Positions 1-9,836 are shown, numbered from the stretch's first letter. The stretch is DNA of 54,154 nucleotides from Patescibacteria group bacterium (GCA_022562395.1 JADFPI010000002.1:1-54154), one strand, 5' to 3'. The notes: generated by a model not told the origin, from the letters alone. Numbers and translations are program-made.

Positions 1-59
1 GACTTAAAAATTCCGCCTTTTGTTTGGTGGGGGCCGCAGATTTTTGTAATTGCAAAAAA

Positions 60-1076
60 GTGAAAATTGCATTTTTGAATATTTATCAAGAGACGGTTGA
101 ACGAGGGGCTGAGACATACGTTGCCGAATTATCTAAGAGGTTATCTAAAAACCATACTGTAGACATATTTGCGGGTAAAAAGTTACCGCCCAGGAGGTGG
201 CCGGTTTTGTGGAGACTTTTTATAGATTCAAACAGTCTTTCTATTTGCTTGTTTACTTTGAAAAATTTAGGGAAGATTTGGAGAGAAAAATATAATGTAG
301 TAGTTACAGTTAATGGTGGCTGGCAGGTAATAATTTTAAGGATAGTAACCTGGCTTTACGGAGGAAAGTTGGTTGTATCCGGTCAGGCCGGAATGGGTTG
401 GGACGACAGAATTAATCTATGGGCATTTCCAGATACTTTTGTTGCACTTTCGAGCTTTGCAAAAAAGTGGGCTAAGAAGGCGAATCCTTTTGTGAAAGTT
501 GAATATATTCCCAACGGTGTTGATATTAAAAAATTTACAAAACAGGGGGGGACACTTAAAACTAACCTAAAAAAGCCAATAATCCTTAGCGTAGGAGCGT
601 TAACTAAATCAAAGAGGCTAGATTTAGCAATAAAGGCAGTTTCAAAATTTAAAAATGGAAGTCTTTTGGTGGTAGGGGACGGGGAGTTGAAAGATGAGCT
701 TAAGAATTTGGGAAAAGAACTTTTAGGCGATAGATTTCAATTAATTAAAGTGCCTTTTTCGGATATGCCGAAGGTTTATAGAGCCGCCGAAGTTTCTACA
801 CTTCCTTCAACACCCTTTCATTCCTTTGAAATCGTCATAGCTGAAGCAATGGCGACCAACCTCCCGGTAGTTGCCAACGAGGACCCGATACGGCGCGAGA
901 TAATAGGGGAAGCCGGTTACTTGGTTGACCCGATTGATATCGAGGCCTATGCCCAAGCTTTAGAAAAATCTATAAATACTGCTTGGGATGACAAGCCGCA
1001 AAACCAATCCAAAAGGTTTGATTGGGATAAAATTACTTTATCTTACGAAAAATTATTCAAGGCATTGATTAAATGA
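60..1076 (+). CDS. glycosyltransferase, GT-B fold (family 4/1-like)
   Basis: ORF 24..1076. The C-terminal region PFHSFEIVIAEAMATNLPVVAN is typical of GT4 donor-binding domains. GTG at 60 gives the usual MKIAFL-type N-terminus; TTG 24 and GTG 27 are alternative starts. Confidence 0.8.
   Translation: MKIAFLNIYQETVERGAETYVAELSKRLSKNHTVDIFAGKKLPPRRWPVLWRLFIDSNSLSICLFTLKNLGKIWREKYNVVVTVNGGWQVIILRIVTWLYGGKLVVSGQAGMGWDDRINLWAFPDTFVALSSFAKKWAKKANPFVKVEYIPNGVDIKKFTKQGGTLKTNLKKPIILSVGALTKSKRLDLAIKAVSKFKNGSLLVVGDGELKDELKNLGKELLGDRFQLIKVPFSDMPKVYRAAEVSTLPSTPFHSFEIVIAEAMATNLPVVANEDPIRREIIGEAGYLVDPIDIEAYAQALEKSINTAWDDKPQNQSKRFDWDKITLSYEKLFKALIK
545..551 (+). repeat. G7 homopolymer inside the first GT4 gene (codons GGG GGG, Gly-Gly)
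   Basis: Read directly: aacagggggggacac. Similar tracts are G7 at 13657-13663 (GT-C gene) and G8 at 46231-46238 (ftsW). Confidence 0.9.
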
Positions 1077-2437
1077 GAGTAAGGGATCTAATAGTTTCCT
1101 CTTTTTTGCTTCTGCTGACCTTGATATTAGTAGGCAAAAATTTGGATAAGCCTTTTTGGGGAATTCATGACTGGAACGGAGCACGCTACGGGAACATTGC
1201 CAGAAATTATTTAAGATACCCAGTTTTCACTCACAAGTTTTCACAAATAGAGAATGGCGGGGTAGTTGGGGAGGGAAAATATAGATATTTAACTCATTAT
1301 CCTCCATTGCTGCCGATTTTAATTTCTTTAAGTTACAGGTTAATGGGTGTGAATGAGGTTGCAACTAGGCTCATTCCGCTTTTGGCAACCGCTGGGACAA
1401 TAATTACCTTCTATTTTATTGGTCGCACAATATTAAATTGGAGAGTAGGTTTAATGGCGGCTACTTTAGCCCTCGCAACACCTATGGTTCGTTATTTTGG
1501 CACAAATCCTGTTCACGAACCCTTGGCTTTATTTTTTGGTTCCCTAGCTTTTTTGGGAGTTCTCTTGGTAATTAAGAACAAGAAGAAGGGCTGGTTTCTG
1601 ATATGGATAGGAGTAATTTTAGGCTTGCTAAATGGCTGGCAGGGAGTTTATTTAATATTGGCTCTTTCTATTCTTCTTATTAAAAAAGTTGGGCGCCAAA
1701 AACTTAGTTATCTCTGGCTGGTTGCCGCTTTTTTTGTAGTTTTACATTTTGCTCATACAAAATACATAACGGGTTCTTTTTTGGGAGGAGGATTGGCCGA
1801 TGTATTTTTACAAAGGACTGCGTTAGGGGGAGCCGCCAAAGCTACCCCTTTTACTTTGTATGAGTTTATAAACAGAGTAAGGCTTTGGGCGTCTGCCAAT
1901 TTTACGCTCTCTCTTATTTTGACAACTTTGATAGGGGTTTATTACCTGACAAAAGAGAAGTCCAGGCAAACAAAACTTTTCTTTGTGTCATTTTTTATTT
2001 TTGGCATCGGGTATCCTTTGACTTTTCCAAATGCAACCTACATTCACTCTTATTTTATTTACCCGATGACTCTTTTTTTAAGTTTCATCTCGGCTTATGC
2101 AGTTTTTACACTTTCTCAAAAATCCAAAAGCCCTTTAATTTTGATATTTATTTTGGTTTTTTTGGCGGTGTGGTTTGAAAGAACTGCTTATTTAAGAGTG
2201 CTAGAGGAGTCAGCAAGCGATAAATTTGCTGTGGAGATAGGGAAAGAGATAATGAAAGAAACACAAATCGAAGACACTATCTTCGTTAATCCATTTAGCT
2301 TTGCATCCAGCCGCTATCCTCATCTTACTTTTTATTCTGACCGAAATATCGTCCTAAATCCTGATTCAGAGTATAATTGGGAAGCTAAGATTGATGAGGA
2401 AAACCAAACTTTCCAAATTTTACCGGCAAAAAAATAG
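1073..2437 (+). CDS. polytopic membrane glycosyltransferase, GT-C fold (ArnT/PMT, GT39/GT83-like)
   Basis: 454 aa with many hydrophobic spans. The first-loop motif HDWNGARYGNIARNY parallels ADWHSWRQADTA in ORF 13245. ATGA overlap with the upstream stop. Confidence 0.65.
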   Translation: MRVRDLIVSSFLLLLTLILVGKNLDKPFWGIHDWNGARYGNIARNYLRYPVFTHKFSQIENGGVVGEGKYRYLTHYPPLLPILISLSYRLMGVNEVATRLIPLLATAGTIITFYFIGRTILNWRVGLMAATLALATPMVRYFGTNPVHEPLALFFGSLAFLGVLLVIKNKKKGWFLIWIGVILGLLNGWQGVYLILALSILLIKKVGRQKLSYLWLVAAFFVVLHFAHTKYITGSFLGGGLADVFLQRTALGGAAKATPFTLYEFINRVRLWASANFTLSLILTTLIGVYYLTKEKSRQTKLFFVSFFIFGIGYPLTFPNATYIHSYFIYPMTLFLSFISAYAVFTLSQKSKSPLILIFILVFLAVWFERTAYLRVLEESASDKFAVEIGKEIMKETQIEDTIFVNPFSFASSRYPHLTFYSDRNIVLNPDSEYNWEAKIDEENQTFQILPAKK

Positions 2438-3155
2438 GCTTGTCTACCATCCCCGAAAGGATCTACTGGCCGACAGAAAGGGAATAAAGCGCTTAATCTC
2501 GTTTGACGACAGGTTTTTGACGGTAGCCAGAAAACTCGAGAGATTGATAAAAAGCTTCTCAAAAAAGAAAATTAAACTGCTCGATATCGGTGTGGGCGAC
2601 GCAGTTTACGAGAGTTTACTAAGCAAAAAGTCGCAAGAGATGACCCAAGTGTATGGAATTGATATAAGCAAAGAGCAACTTAAACGGGGGAAAAAGTATT
2701 TAAAGGAGGCAAAAGTTATCGATTTAAACAGCGAAAAAATTCCCTATAAAGACGAGTTTTTCGACATAGTCATTGCCTCAGAAATACTAGAACATGTGTT
2801 TTATCCGGATAGGGTTTTGGCAGAGGCTTCTCGAGTGCTCAAAAAGAATGGGTATTTAATTCTCACTTACCCCAACAGCGGAAGTTTGCAACTGCGGCTA
2901 TCGCTTCTTTTTATTGGTTCTTCTCCCCTTCTAAATTACCCGGCCAATCGTGAACACATAAGGTTTTTTAATAAAGCCAACATCATAAAGATGGTCAAGG
3001 GCCTAGAGATTGTTCAGTATCGTGGCCTTGGTTCATTTCTCTTCGGAAAATGGAATTTCCCGTTCAAAATAATTACCCCAAGGGTTTTACAAGTTTTTGG
3101 GAACAAGTTTTTGCCGAATCTGGCTTTGGGTAATCTTTTGATATTTAAAAGATGA
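2394..3155 (+). CDS. class I SAM-dependent methyltransferase
   Basis: Motif I LLDIGVGDAVYE and the post-I/II region FDIVIASEILEHVFYPDRVLAEASRVLKKNGYLIL. ATG at 2394 (TTG 2391 in the track) overlaps the upstream gene by 44 nt. Confidence 0.85.
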   Translation: MRKTKLSKFYRQKNRLVYHPRKDLLADRKGIKRLISFDDRFLTVARKLERLIKSFSKKKIKLLDIGVGDAVYESLLSKKSQEMTQVYGIDISKEQLKRGKKYLKEAKVIDLNSEKIPYKDEFFDIVIASEILEHVFYPDRVLAEASRVLKKNGYLILTYPNSGSLQLRLSLLFIGSSPLLNYPANREHIRFFNKANIIKMVKGLEIVQYRGLGSFLFGKWNFPFKIITPRVLQVFGNKFLPNLALGNLLIFKR

Positions 3156-3907
3156 AACTAACGATTGTAATTATCGCCTATAACGAAGAAAAAAATTTAC
3201 CGAGAGCAATAAAGTCGGTGGAAGATTTGACCAGTGAAATTGTTGTAGTCGTTGATTCGAGAACTACTGACAAGACAAGGGAAATAGCAGAGAAACTTGG
3301 GGCAAAGGTTTTTGTACGCAAATTTGATATTTTTGCGAATCAGAAAAACTTTGCTTCGGACAATGCAACCGGAGATTGGATTTTATCTCTGGATGCTGAT
3401 GAGGAAGTTTCTCCTATGTTAGCAAAAGAGATTAACTCTCAACTCTCAACTCTCAACTCTCAAGTTGACGCCTTTTCCATTCCTCGCAAGAATTATATTT
3501 TGGGGAAATTTATTAAATACACCCGCTGGCAGCCGGAATTGGATAGACACGTTTGGCTTTGGAGAAAAAGTAAGGGGCGCTGGGTTGGCGACGTCCACGA
3601 GGAGGTAGAAGTAGACGGTGAAGTTGTCAGATTGAAAAATCCAAAACTCCACTATCAATATGAGACAGTTTCGCAGTTTCTAAAAATGATGAATCGTTAT
3701 TCAGAGCTGGAGGCAGATCAAAGAGTAAAAAAGGGAGTTAAATTTTCCTTCTCTAGAATGTTCTTCGAGCCAATTTATAATTTTTTAGTTAGATATTTTT
3801 ACAGGCTAGGATTTTTGGACGGCTGGCGAGGTTTTGTTCTCTCATACTTAATGGCTGTTTATCATCTAGAGCTTTGGATTAAAGTTTGGGAAAGGCAAAA
3901 TGCTTAA
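3152..3907 (+). CDS. glycosyltransferase family 2 (WaaE/KdtX-like)
   Basis: KLTIVIIAYNEEKNLPRAIKSV, LSLDADE (DxD), and C-terminal GFLDGWRGFVLSYLMAVYHLELWIKVWE. ATGA overlap with the upstream stop. Confidence 0.85.
   Translation: MKLTIVIIAYNEEKNLPRAIKSVEDLTSEIVVVVDSRTTDKTREIAEKLGAKVFVRKFDIFANQKNFASDNATGDWILSLDADEEVSPMLAKEINSQLSTLNSQVDAFSIPRKNYILGKFIKYTRWQPELDRHVWLWRKSKGRWVGDVHEEVEVDGEVVRLKNPKLHYQYETVSQFLKMMNRYSELEADQRVKKGVKFSFSRMFFEPIYNFLVRYFYRLGFLDGWRGFVLSYLMAVYHLELWIKVWERQNA
3434..3461 (+). repeat. 4 perfect tandem copies of the heptanucleotide AACTCTC inside the GT2 gene
   Basis: Read directly: aactctc aactctc aactctc aactctc aag, encoding NSQLSTLNSQ. The unit length is not a multiple of 3. 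Confidence 0.95.
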
Positions 3908-4706
3908 AAAAATTTTATTTCTTGAGTATAAATTCAGAGATTTTTCCGATGACGAATTGAAGAGGCCGCACGCTGATGGGGTAATGGCCTCGCTTGGGGG
4001 GTTAAACAAAGACAGAATAAAACAGATAAAGGATTTGGGTTTTGCGTTTGGTATATCTTTTGTCGTGTTTCCTGGAGGAAGCGTTTGTCCACTATCTCCG
4101 CAAGCGTTAAGTTTTTTAAATCGGAAGCTGAAAAAAATAATCACTCTAAAACCTAACGTTATTTGGTTTGATTATTTGAAGTTTCAGGGGAAGTGGGGGG
4201 TTGTTCGGAGAGACTTGTCAGAAACGCACAGATCCTGTAAATTCTGTGAAGGAAAAGACAGGTTACTTGAGATAGTAAAGATTGCAAAGGATGCCGTTAA
4301 GTTAGTTCCCAGAAAGATTAAAACGGGATATTTTGCAATGCCTTATGAAGAAGGAGAATACGGCGGGTGGGAGAAAATCTTAGGTCAAGACCATAAAAGA
4401 TTGGGGTTTATTTTTGATTATATAAGCCCAATGCTTTACCACCGAATGATTGGAAAGCGTGTTTCTTATATTTCTGAATACGTTAAATATTTGAATGATT
4501 TAGATATTAGTGCGGAAATTATTCCCATCATTCAGTTAAAGGATATGCCTGACGAGCTTCCGGACAAGTTAACATTAAAAGAAATTGAACAGGAAGTAGA
4601 TGAGGCTACGAAATCTCCATCAGCGGGTGTTGCAGTTTTTAGTTGGGATCAAACCATAGAAAAAGGCAGACTCGATAGGGTAAGTAGGATTTTACGAAAG
4701 ATTTAG
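3900..4706 (+). CDS. hypothetical protein (possibly TIM-barrel glycoside-hydrolase-like; not confidently recognised)
   Basis: 268-aa ORF with an 8-nt overlap with the upstream stop. No signal peptide or TM segment. I only vaguely associate it with GHL/DUF4015-type proteins. Confidence 0.5.
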   Translation: MLKKILFLEYKFRDFSDDELKRPHADGVMASLGGLNKDRIKQIKDLGFAFGISFVVFPGGSVCPLSPQALSFLNRKLKKIITLKPNVIWFDYLKFQGKWGVVRRDLSETHRSCKFCEGKDRLLEIVKIAKDAVKLVPRKIKTGYFAMPYEEGEYGGWEKILGQDHKRLGFIFDYISPMLYHRMIGKRVSYISEYVKYLNDLDISAEIIPIIQLKDMPDELPDKLTLKEIEQEVDEATKSPSAGVAVFSWDQTIEKGRLDRVSRILRKI

Positions 4707-4707
4707 G

Positions 4708-6120
4708 ATGATTTGGCTGATTTTACTTTTCGCACTAATTTTACGAGTTATAAATCTTAACCAGGGTTTGTGGTTGGATGAGGCTATAAGCGCGCTGGCC
4801 GCACGGGACTATTCATACATTGGAATTGTCAGGGATTTTTTGCCGGGAGATACCCATCCGCCCTTATATTACCTTTCTTTGAAATTCTGGACCGAGTTTT
4901 TTGGCTTTTCTGAGATTTCTCTTAGAAGTCTATCAGTCGTTTTTGGAGTGATGACAGTTTATGTGGTTTATTTAATAGGAAGAAAGGTCAAAAATAAAAA
5001 ACTTGGAATTATAGCTTCTTTATTTTTTGCGACGGCGCCACTCCATATTTATTATTCGCAGGAAGTTAGAATGTATGCTTTATCAGCCTTGGCAGTTTCA
5101 CTTTCTGTTTATGGATATTTGTTTGTTTTAAAGAAAGCAAAGACTAAAAACTGGATTTTGTTTTCTTTGTCACTTTTATTTATCGGCTTAGTTGACTATT
5201 TACCGCTTTTGATACTACCTGTTTTTTGGGTTTACGCTTGCTTAAAAAAGAAAGGCAAATCTTGGTGGAGAGGTTTTTTACTTTCCCATTTACCGCTGCT
5301 GGCTTTTTTAGTCGTTTGGTTTCCGATTTTTTACAAACAAACTCTTGGGAGCCGAGCCGCTTTAATTTCATTTCCTGCTTGGGGAGAGTTGCTAGGAAAA
5401 GCGAATTTAAAAGAATTAAGTTTAGTATGGATTAAATTCATAATTGGGCGAATCCCTATTGAGCAAAACTTTGTATTTGGGTTATTAATTACTTTTGTTT
5501 CGATACCTTTTGTTTATGCTTTGTTTAGAGGATTTAAGCAAAGAAGAAATGCCGGAATTTTTTGGCTCTGGCTTATTTTGCCATTAGCAATTTCTTTTTT
5601 AGGTTCCTTTTTCGTTCCCGGTTTTTCATTTTTTAGACTTTTATTTGTTCTACCGGCATTCTATTTGCTAATTACCTACGGAGTATCAAAATCAAAATTC
5701 GCCAGGCCATTGATAATTGTAATTCTTGGCTTAAATTTAATATTTTCATCCGTTTATATTTTTAACCAAAAGCACAGGAGAGAAGATTGGAGAGGTGCGG
5801 TTAATTTTGTTGAAGAACGAGCAAGAGAAGATTTGGCTGTCTTGATGGCGTTTCCCGAACCGTTCGCTCCTTATAGATGGTACTCAAAAAACACTCAAAT
5901 TGCCCACGGCGTTAGGGGTTTTGGTGACTCTAAGGGACAAGTTGCCTCTAGACTGGAAAAGGCGGTAGGTAAACAGCAAAACATTTACACCTTCGATTAT
6001 TTAATGGATGTATCAGACCCCCAAAGGTATGTTTATCAGGGTCTGGAAGACTTTGGTTTCTTTCAGAAGGAAGTATACAATTTCCGAGGAATTGGTCAGG
6101 TGAGGCTGTGGGAAAGATGA
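4708..6120 (+). CDS. polytopic membrane glycosyltransferase, GT-C fold (GT39/PMT_2-like)
   Basis: 470 aa. The first loop LWLDEAISALAARD...GDTHPPLYYL carries the acidic DE motif typical of PMT/ArnT-type enzymes. Many TM spans, with a soluble C-terminal domain. Confidence 0.75.
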   Translation: MIWLILLFALILRVINLNQGLWLDEAISALAARDYSYIGIVRDFLPGDTHPPLYYLSLKFWTEFFGFSEISLRSLSVVFGVMTVYVVYLIGRKVKNKKLGIIASLFFATAPLHIYYSQEVRMYALSALAVSLSVYGYLFVLKKAKTKNWILFSLSLLFIGLVDYLPLLILPVFWVYACLKKKGKSWWRGFLLSHLPLLAFLVVWFPIFYKQTLGSRAALISFPAWGELLGKANLKELSLVWIKFIIGRIPIEQNFVFGLLITFVSIPFVYALFRGFKQRRNAGIFWLWLILPLAISFLGSFFVPGFSFFRLLFVLPAFYLLITYGVSKSKFARPLIIVILGLNLIFSSVYIFNQKHRREDWRGAVNFVEERAREDLAVLMAFPEPFAPYRWYSKNTQIAHGVRGFGDSKGQVASRLEKAVGKQQNIYTFDYLMDVSDPQRYVYQGLEDFGFFQKEVYNFRGIGQVRLWER

Positions 6121-7493
6121 TAAGAAAATTTAAATATTTGCACGCCGTGGTATTTTTGTCTCCATTAATTCTTTTGCACTCATTTCTATTATTAAGACTA
6201 TCTTTTTTTCCTTATCCCGAGCTTTTTGTTTATCCATATTTAGCCGAAAACGGTTTTCTTCCTTATACTCAAATACTTGACCAGCATTTTCCTTCGCTGT
6301 TGATGTTTCCTTTGAATTTGTACGATTTTGGTTTGCGCTCGGCCTTTTCGGGAAGAATTTTTTTGATAGGAATTGTGACCTTGAGTCACATCTTTCTATA
6401 TCTGGTTGCTAAAAAACTTTTAAAAAGCGAGAAAAAGGCTGTAGTTGCCAATCTACTTTATTTTTTACTGCAGCCGCTTTTTGAAGGGACAACTCTTTGG
6501 CTTGATTCATTTTTAGTTCCAATTTTGTTGGCAGCTTTATATTTTTCCCTTAAATTTATTGAGGATAAAAGAAATCTTTATTTGGCGCTTTCTGGATTGT
6601 TTTTAGGACTCGCCCTTTTTTTGAAGCAAGTAATCCTTCCACTGGTAATAGCAATCACAATTTATTTTTACTACAAAAACAAAGATTTAAGTAAAATCTT
6701 TCTTTTTTTGTTTTTTGCTTTATTTCCTTTAACTCTTACTATTGCTTGGGTTTATTCAAAAGGAATATTTAATGACTTTTTTTATTGGACGGTGACCTTT
6801 AATTTCGAGGTTTATGCGAAAATGGGCAGAAAGTTGCCAAATTTATCGCAGCTTGCAAGAGTTTTAATATTTTGGACCCCAGCTTTTTATTGGATATATT
6901 CAAAATTTAGGCGAAAAGAAATTGCCTTACTTGGTATTTTTATGATTTTTTCCTTAGCAACTGCTTTCTCTCGTTTTGAATTTGTGCACCTGCAGCCCTC
7001 GCTTGCCTTTGCAGTTTTACTAATAACAGTATTTCTTAGTAAAGGCAAGGAAAAACTTAAATTTTTATATATATTAGTAATGCTTTCGGTAATAGGAGTT
7101 TGGTCCGTTAGGTTTTATAGTCAAAATTGGGGAGGAGCTACCTATTTTTTTGACGAGGAAACAATAAAGGTCGCCCAGAAGGTAACAGAACTATCTGGGC
7201 CAAATGAGAAAATTTTCGTTTTAGGAGCGCAACCGATTATCTATTATTTGGCCGATAGACTGCCGGCCGGTAAGATTTTTTCTGTAAGCGTTCCTTGGAA
7301 TATGAGAGTAGCGCAAGAGACAATCTTGAACGGACTAAAAGAAGATAAGCCAAAAGTTGTCGTTAGGGATGATGCAGCCTCAATTGACCAAGTTAAAGTT
7401 GTCGACTTTACTAAAAGTTTAAACGAATATATAAATGAGTTTTATGTCAAGGTCGGGGAGGTTGGGCCGACGGAAATATTGGTTTTAAGATAG
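6117..7493 (+). CDS. polytopic membrane protein, putative GT-C-like glycosyltransferase
   Basis: About 458 aa, with more than 10 hydrophobic spans followed by a soluble C-terminal domain, the same architecture as its GT-C neighbours. ATG 6117 forms an ATGA overlap with the upstream stop (the track starts at GTG 6108). Confidence 0.5.
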   Translation: MIRKFKYLHAVVFLSPLILLHSFLLLRLSFFPYPELFVYPYLAENGFLPYTQILDQHFPSLLMFPLNLYDFGLRSAFSGRIFLIGIVTLSHIFLYLVAKKLLKSEKKAVVANLLYFLLQPLFEGTTLWLDSFLVPILLAALYFSLKFIEDKRNLYLALSGLFLGLALFLKQVILPLVIAITIYFYYKNKDLSKIFLFLFFALFPLTLTIAWVYSKGIFNDFFYWTVTFNFEVYAKMGRKLPNLSQLARVLIFWTPAFYWIYSKFRRKEIALLGIFMIFSLATAFSRFEFVHLQPSLAFAVLLITVFLSKGKEKLKFLYILVMLSVIGVWSVRFYSQNWGGATYFFDEETIKVAQKVTELSGPNEKIFVLGAQPIIYYLADRLPAGKIFSVSVPWNMRVAQETILNGLKEDKPKVVVRDDAASIDQVKVVDFTKSLNEYINEFYVKVGEVGPTEILVLR

Positions 7494-7507
7494 AATCGAA
7501 GAGAGAC

Positions 7508-8590
7508 ATGAAAGTAGGAATAGACGTATCATCAGTAGTCTACGGAACCGGAGTTTCAGTTTATACCAGAAACCTGGTCAAAAATTTACTTTCTATTGAT
7601 AAAGAAAACGAGTATTTACTTTTTGGAGGGACATTAAGGAGAAAGGACGATTTAGACATTTTTTTCAATAGTTTAAAAGGAAACTTTAAGACAAAAAGTT
7701 ACCCCGTTCCACCTACTTTGGCTGATTTCATTTGGAACAGGCTACACATTTTACCGATCGAGTTATTTTCGGGAAAAGTAGACGTTTTCCATTCATCAGA
7801 CTGGACGCAACCTCCCTCAAAAGCATTTAAAGTAACCACTGTTCACGATTTATCTCCTATAAAATTCCCAAGGCTAACCCATCCGAAAATTATTTCTACA
7901 CACAGGGCAAGACTTCGGTGGGTTGAGAGGGAAGTAGACATCTTAATCTCACCCTCTTTGTCTACCAAGGAGGATTTAATTAAAATGGGAATAAAAGAAA
8001 AAAAAATTCGGGTAATTCCGGAGGCCCCGAGCCCAATCTTTAAGCCTGCAAGAAAGTCCCAAGTTGATAAACTTAAGAAAAATCATAGAATTTCTGGAAA
8101 ATATTTGCTGGCGGTTGGTTTAAGCCCGAGAAAAAATACCCAAAGAGTTATTGAAGCTTTTCATTTAGCCAGGGCAGGGAAAGATTTAAAACTTGTTTTA
8201 ACCGGAGAGCCAGTAGGTTTAGAAGTCGAGGAGGGTAGAGATATTCGCCTAGTCGGTCATGTAGAGGATAGTGAGATGCCGGTTTTTTACACGGGAGCAG
8301 AAGCACTAATCTATCCATCAATTTATGAGGGATATGGTCTTCCAATCCTTGAGGCTTATTCCTGTAAGTGTCCGGTTGTTACTTCAAACATTTCAAGTAT
8401 GCCGGAAGTTGCAGGAAAGGCAGCTTTACTGGTAGACCCATATGACACTTCTTCGATTGTTAATGGGATAGAGGAGGCTTTGAAAAATAAGAAAGATTTG
8501 ATTAAAAAGGGACAGGCACAGGTTAAAAAATATACCTGGGAGAAAACAGCAAGAAAAACTTTAGAGGTGTATCTTGAGGCTAAAAAGTGA
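7508..8590 (+). CDS. glycosyltransferase family 4
   Basis: YEGYGLPILEAYSCKCPVVTSNISSMPEVAG (E-x7-E region). Confidence 0.85.
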   Translation: MKVGIDVSSVVYGTGVSVYTRNLVKNLLSIDKENEYLLFGGTLRRKDDLDIFFNSLKGNFKTKSYPVPPTLADFIWNRLHILPIELFSGKVDVFHSSDWTQPPSKAFKVTTVHDLSPIKFPRLTHPKIISTHRARLRWVEREVDILISPSLSTKEDLIKMGIKEKKIRVIPEAPSPIFKPARKSQVDKLKKNHRISGKYLLAVGLSPRKNTQRVIEAFHLARAGKDLKLVLTGEPVGLEVEEGRDIRLVGHVEDSEMPVFYTGAEALIYPSIYEGYGLPILEAYSCKCPVVTSNISSMPEVAGKAALLVDPYDTSSIVNGIEEALKNKKDLIKKGQAQVKKYTWEKTARKTLEVYLEAKK

Positions 8591-8607
8591 TAGATTTGGC
8601 CATAAAT

Positions 8608-8655
8608 TATGTTTTTTACGGAGTAACAAGCTATGCTTTTTACGAAGTATCAAGC
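8608..8655. repeat. tandem 24-bp direct repeat (21/24 identical) in the GT4-GT4 intergenic spacer
   Basis: tatgttttttacggagtaacaagc (8608-8631) followed by tatgctttttacgaagtatcaagc (8632-8655). Confidence 0.9.
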
Positions 8656-8679
8656 AACGCTTAAGGAATTTTATATAAC

Positions 8680-9813
8680 ATGCTTATCGGCATTGACGGA
8701 AACGAGGCAAATATTCAAAGTCGTGTGGGGGTAAATCAATATGGATATGAGTTGCTTTGGGCGATATTTAAATTAGAGGAAGAATGGAAAAATAAACATA
8801 GGGTGGTAGTTTATTTAAAAAATCCTCCGCTTGCCGATATGCCCAAGCAAAGCGAACATTTTAAGTATAAAATTCTTCCAGGAAAAAGTATTTGGATAAT
8901 AAAAAATTTGATGCCAAGCCTTTTTTTTGACAAGGAAAAACCAGACGTTTTTTTTAGTCCCAGCCACTATACTCCGCCGATATCTTTAGTTCCAAGAGTA
9001 TGTTCGATTATGGACCTTGGATACCTCGAATTTTCGGGACAATTTAGAAAATACGACTTTTGGCAGTTGAAGCTTTGGAGTGCTTGGTCTATTTTTGTGT
9101 CAAAAGTAGTCTTTGCAATATCAAATAGTACAAAAGACGATATTGTGCGACATTATCCTTTTGCTTCAAAAAAGGTGGTAGTTACTCATTTAGCCCACGA
9201 TAAGAGGCGCTTTAATACTTCAATACCAGGAAGGGATGTGCGACGTGTCAAGAAAAAATATTCGATAGTAGGAAACTATGTGCTTTTTCTAAGCACTCTA
9301 AAACCTAGCAAAAATATAGAAGGGCTTCTTGAAGCGTTTAGCACCCTGGTTTCTAAATATCCCAAAACTCAATTAGTGATTGCGGGCAAAAAAGGCTGGT
9401 TTTACACAAACATTTTTAGAAAAGCCAAGAGTTTAGGTTTGGAAAAGTCGGTTATTTTTACAGATTTTGTTCCGGAAAAGGATAAACCAGCACTTATCGC
9501 TGGCGCAAAAGTCTTTGCTCTTCCTTCATTTTGGGAAGGATTTGGATTGGATGTTCTAAATGCAATGGCCTGTGGAGTCCCGGTTGTGGTTTCTGATAAG
9601 GGCAGCTTGCCAGAAGTTGCCGGAGAGGCAGGGATTGCTGTTAACCCTTACAATATTTCCGAGATCGCCTTTGGGTTGAATAAAGTTCTGTCGATGAGCG
9701 AAGTGCAATATAAAGATTTAGTTAAAAAAGGTCTTGTCCAAGCTGAAAAGTTCTCTTGGGAGGCGACTGCTAAAAAAACTCTCAAAGTTTTAGAAACTGT
9801 AATCCAAGGCTAA
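8680..9813 (+). CDS. glycosyltransferase family 4
   Basis: WEGFGLDVLNAMACGVPVVVSDKGSLPEVAGEAG. Confidence 0.85.
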   Translation: MLIGIDGNEANIQSRVGVNQYGYELLWAIFKLEEEWKNKHRVVVYLKNPPLADMPKQSEHFKYKILPGKSIWIIKNLMPSLFFDKEKPDVFFSPSHYTPPISLVPRVCSIMDLGYLEFSGQFRKYDFWQLKLWSAWSIFVSKVVFAISNSTKDDIVRHYPFASKKVVVTHLAHDKRRFNTSIPGRDVRRVKKKYSIVGNYVLFLSTLKPSKNIEGLLEAFSTLVSKYPKTQLVIAGKKGWFYTNIFRKAKSLGLEKSVIFTDFVPEKDKPALIAGAKVFALPSFWEGFGLDVLNAMACGVPVVVSDKGSLPEVAGEAGIAVNPYNISEIAFGLNKVLSMSEVQYKDLVKKGLVQAEKFSWEATAKKTLKVLETVIQG

Positions 9814-9836
9814 ATAGTATATAATTTCTATGAGCG

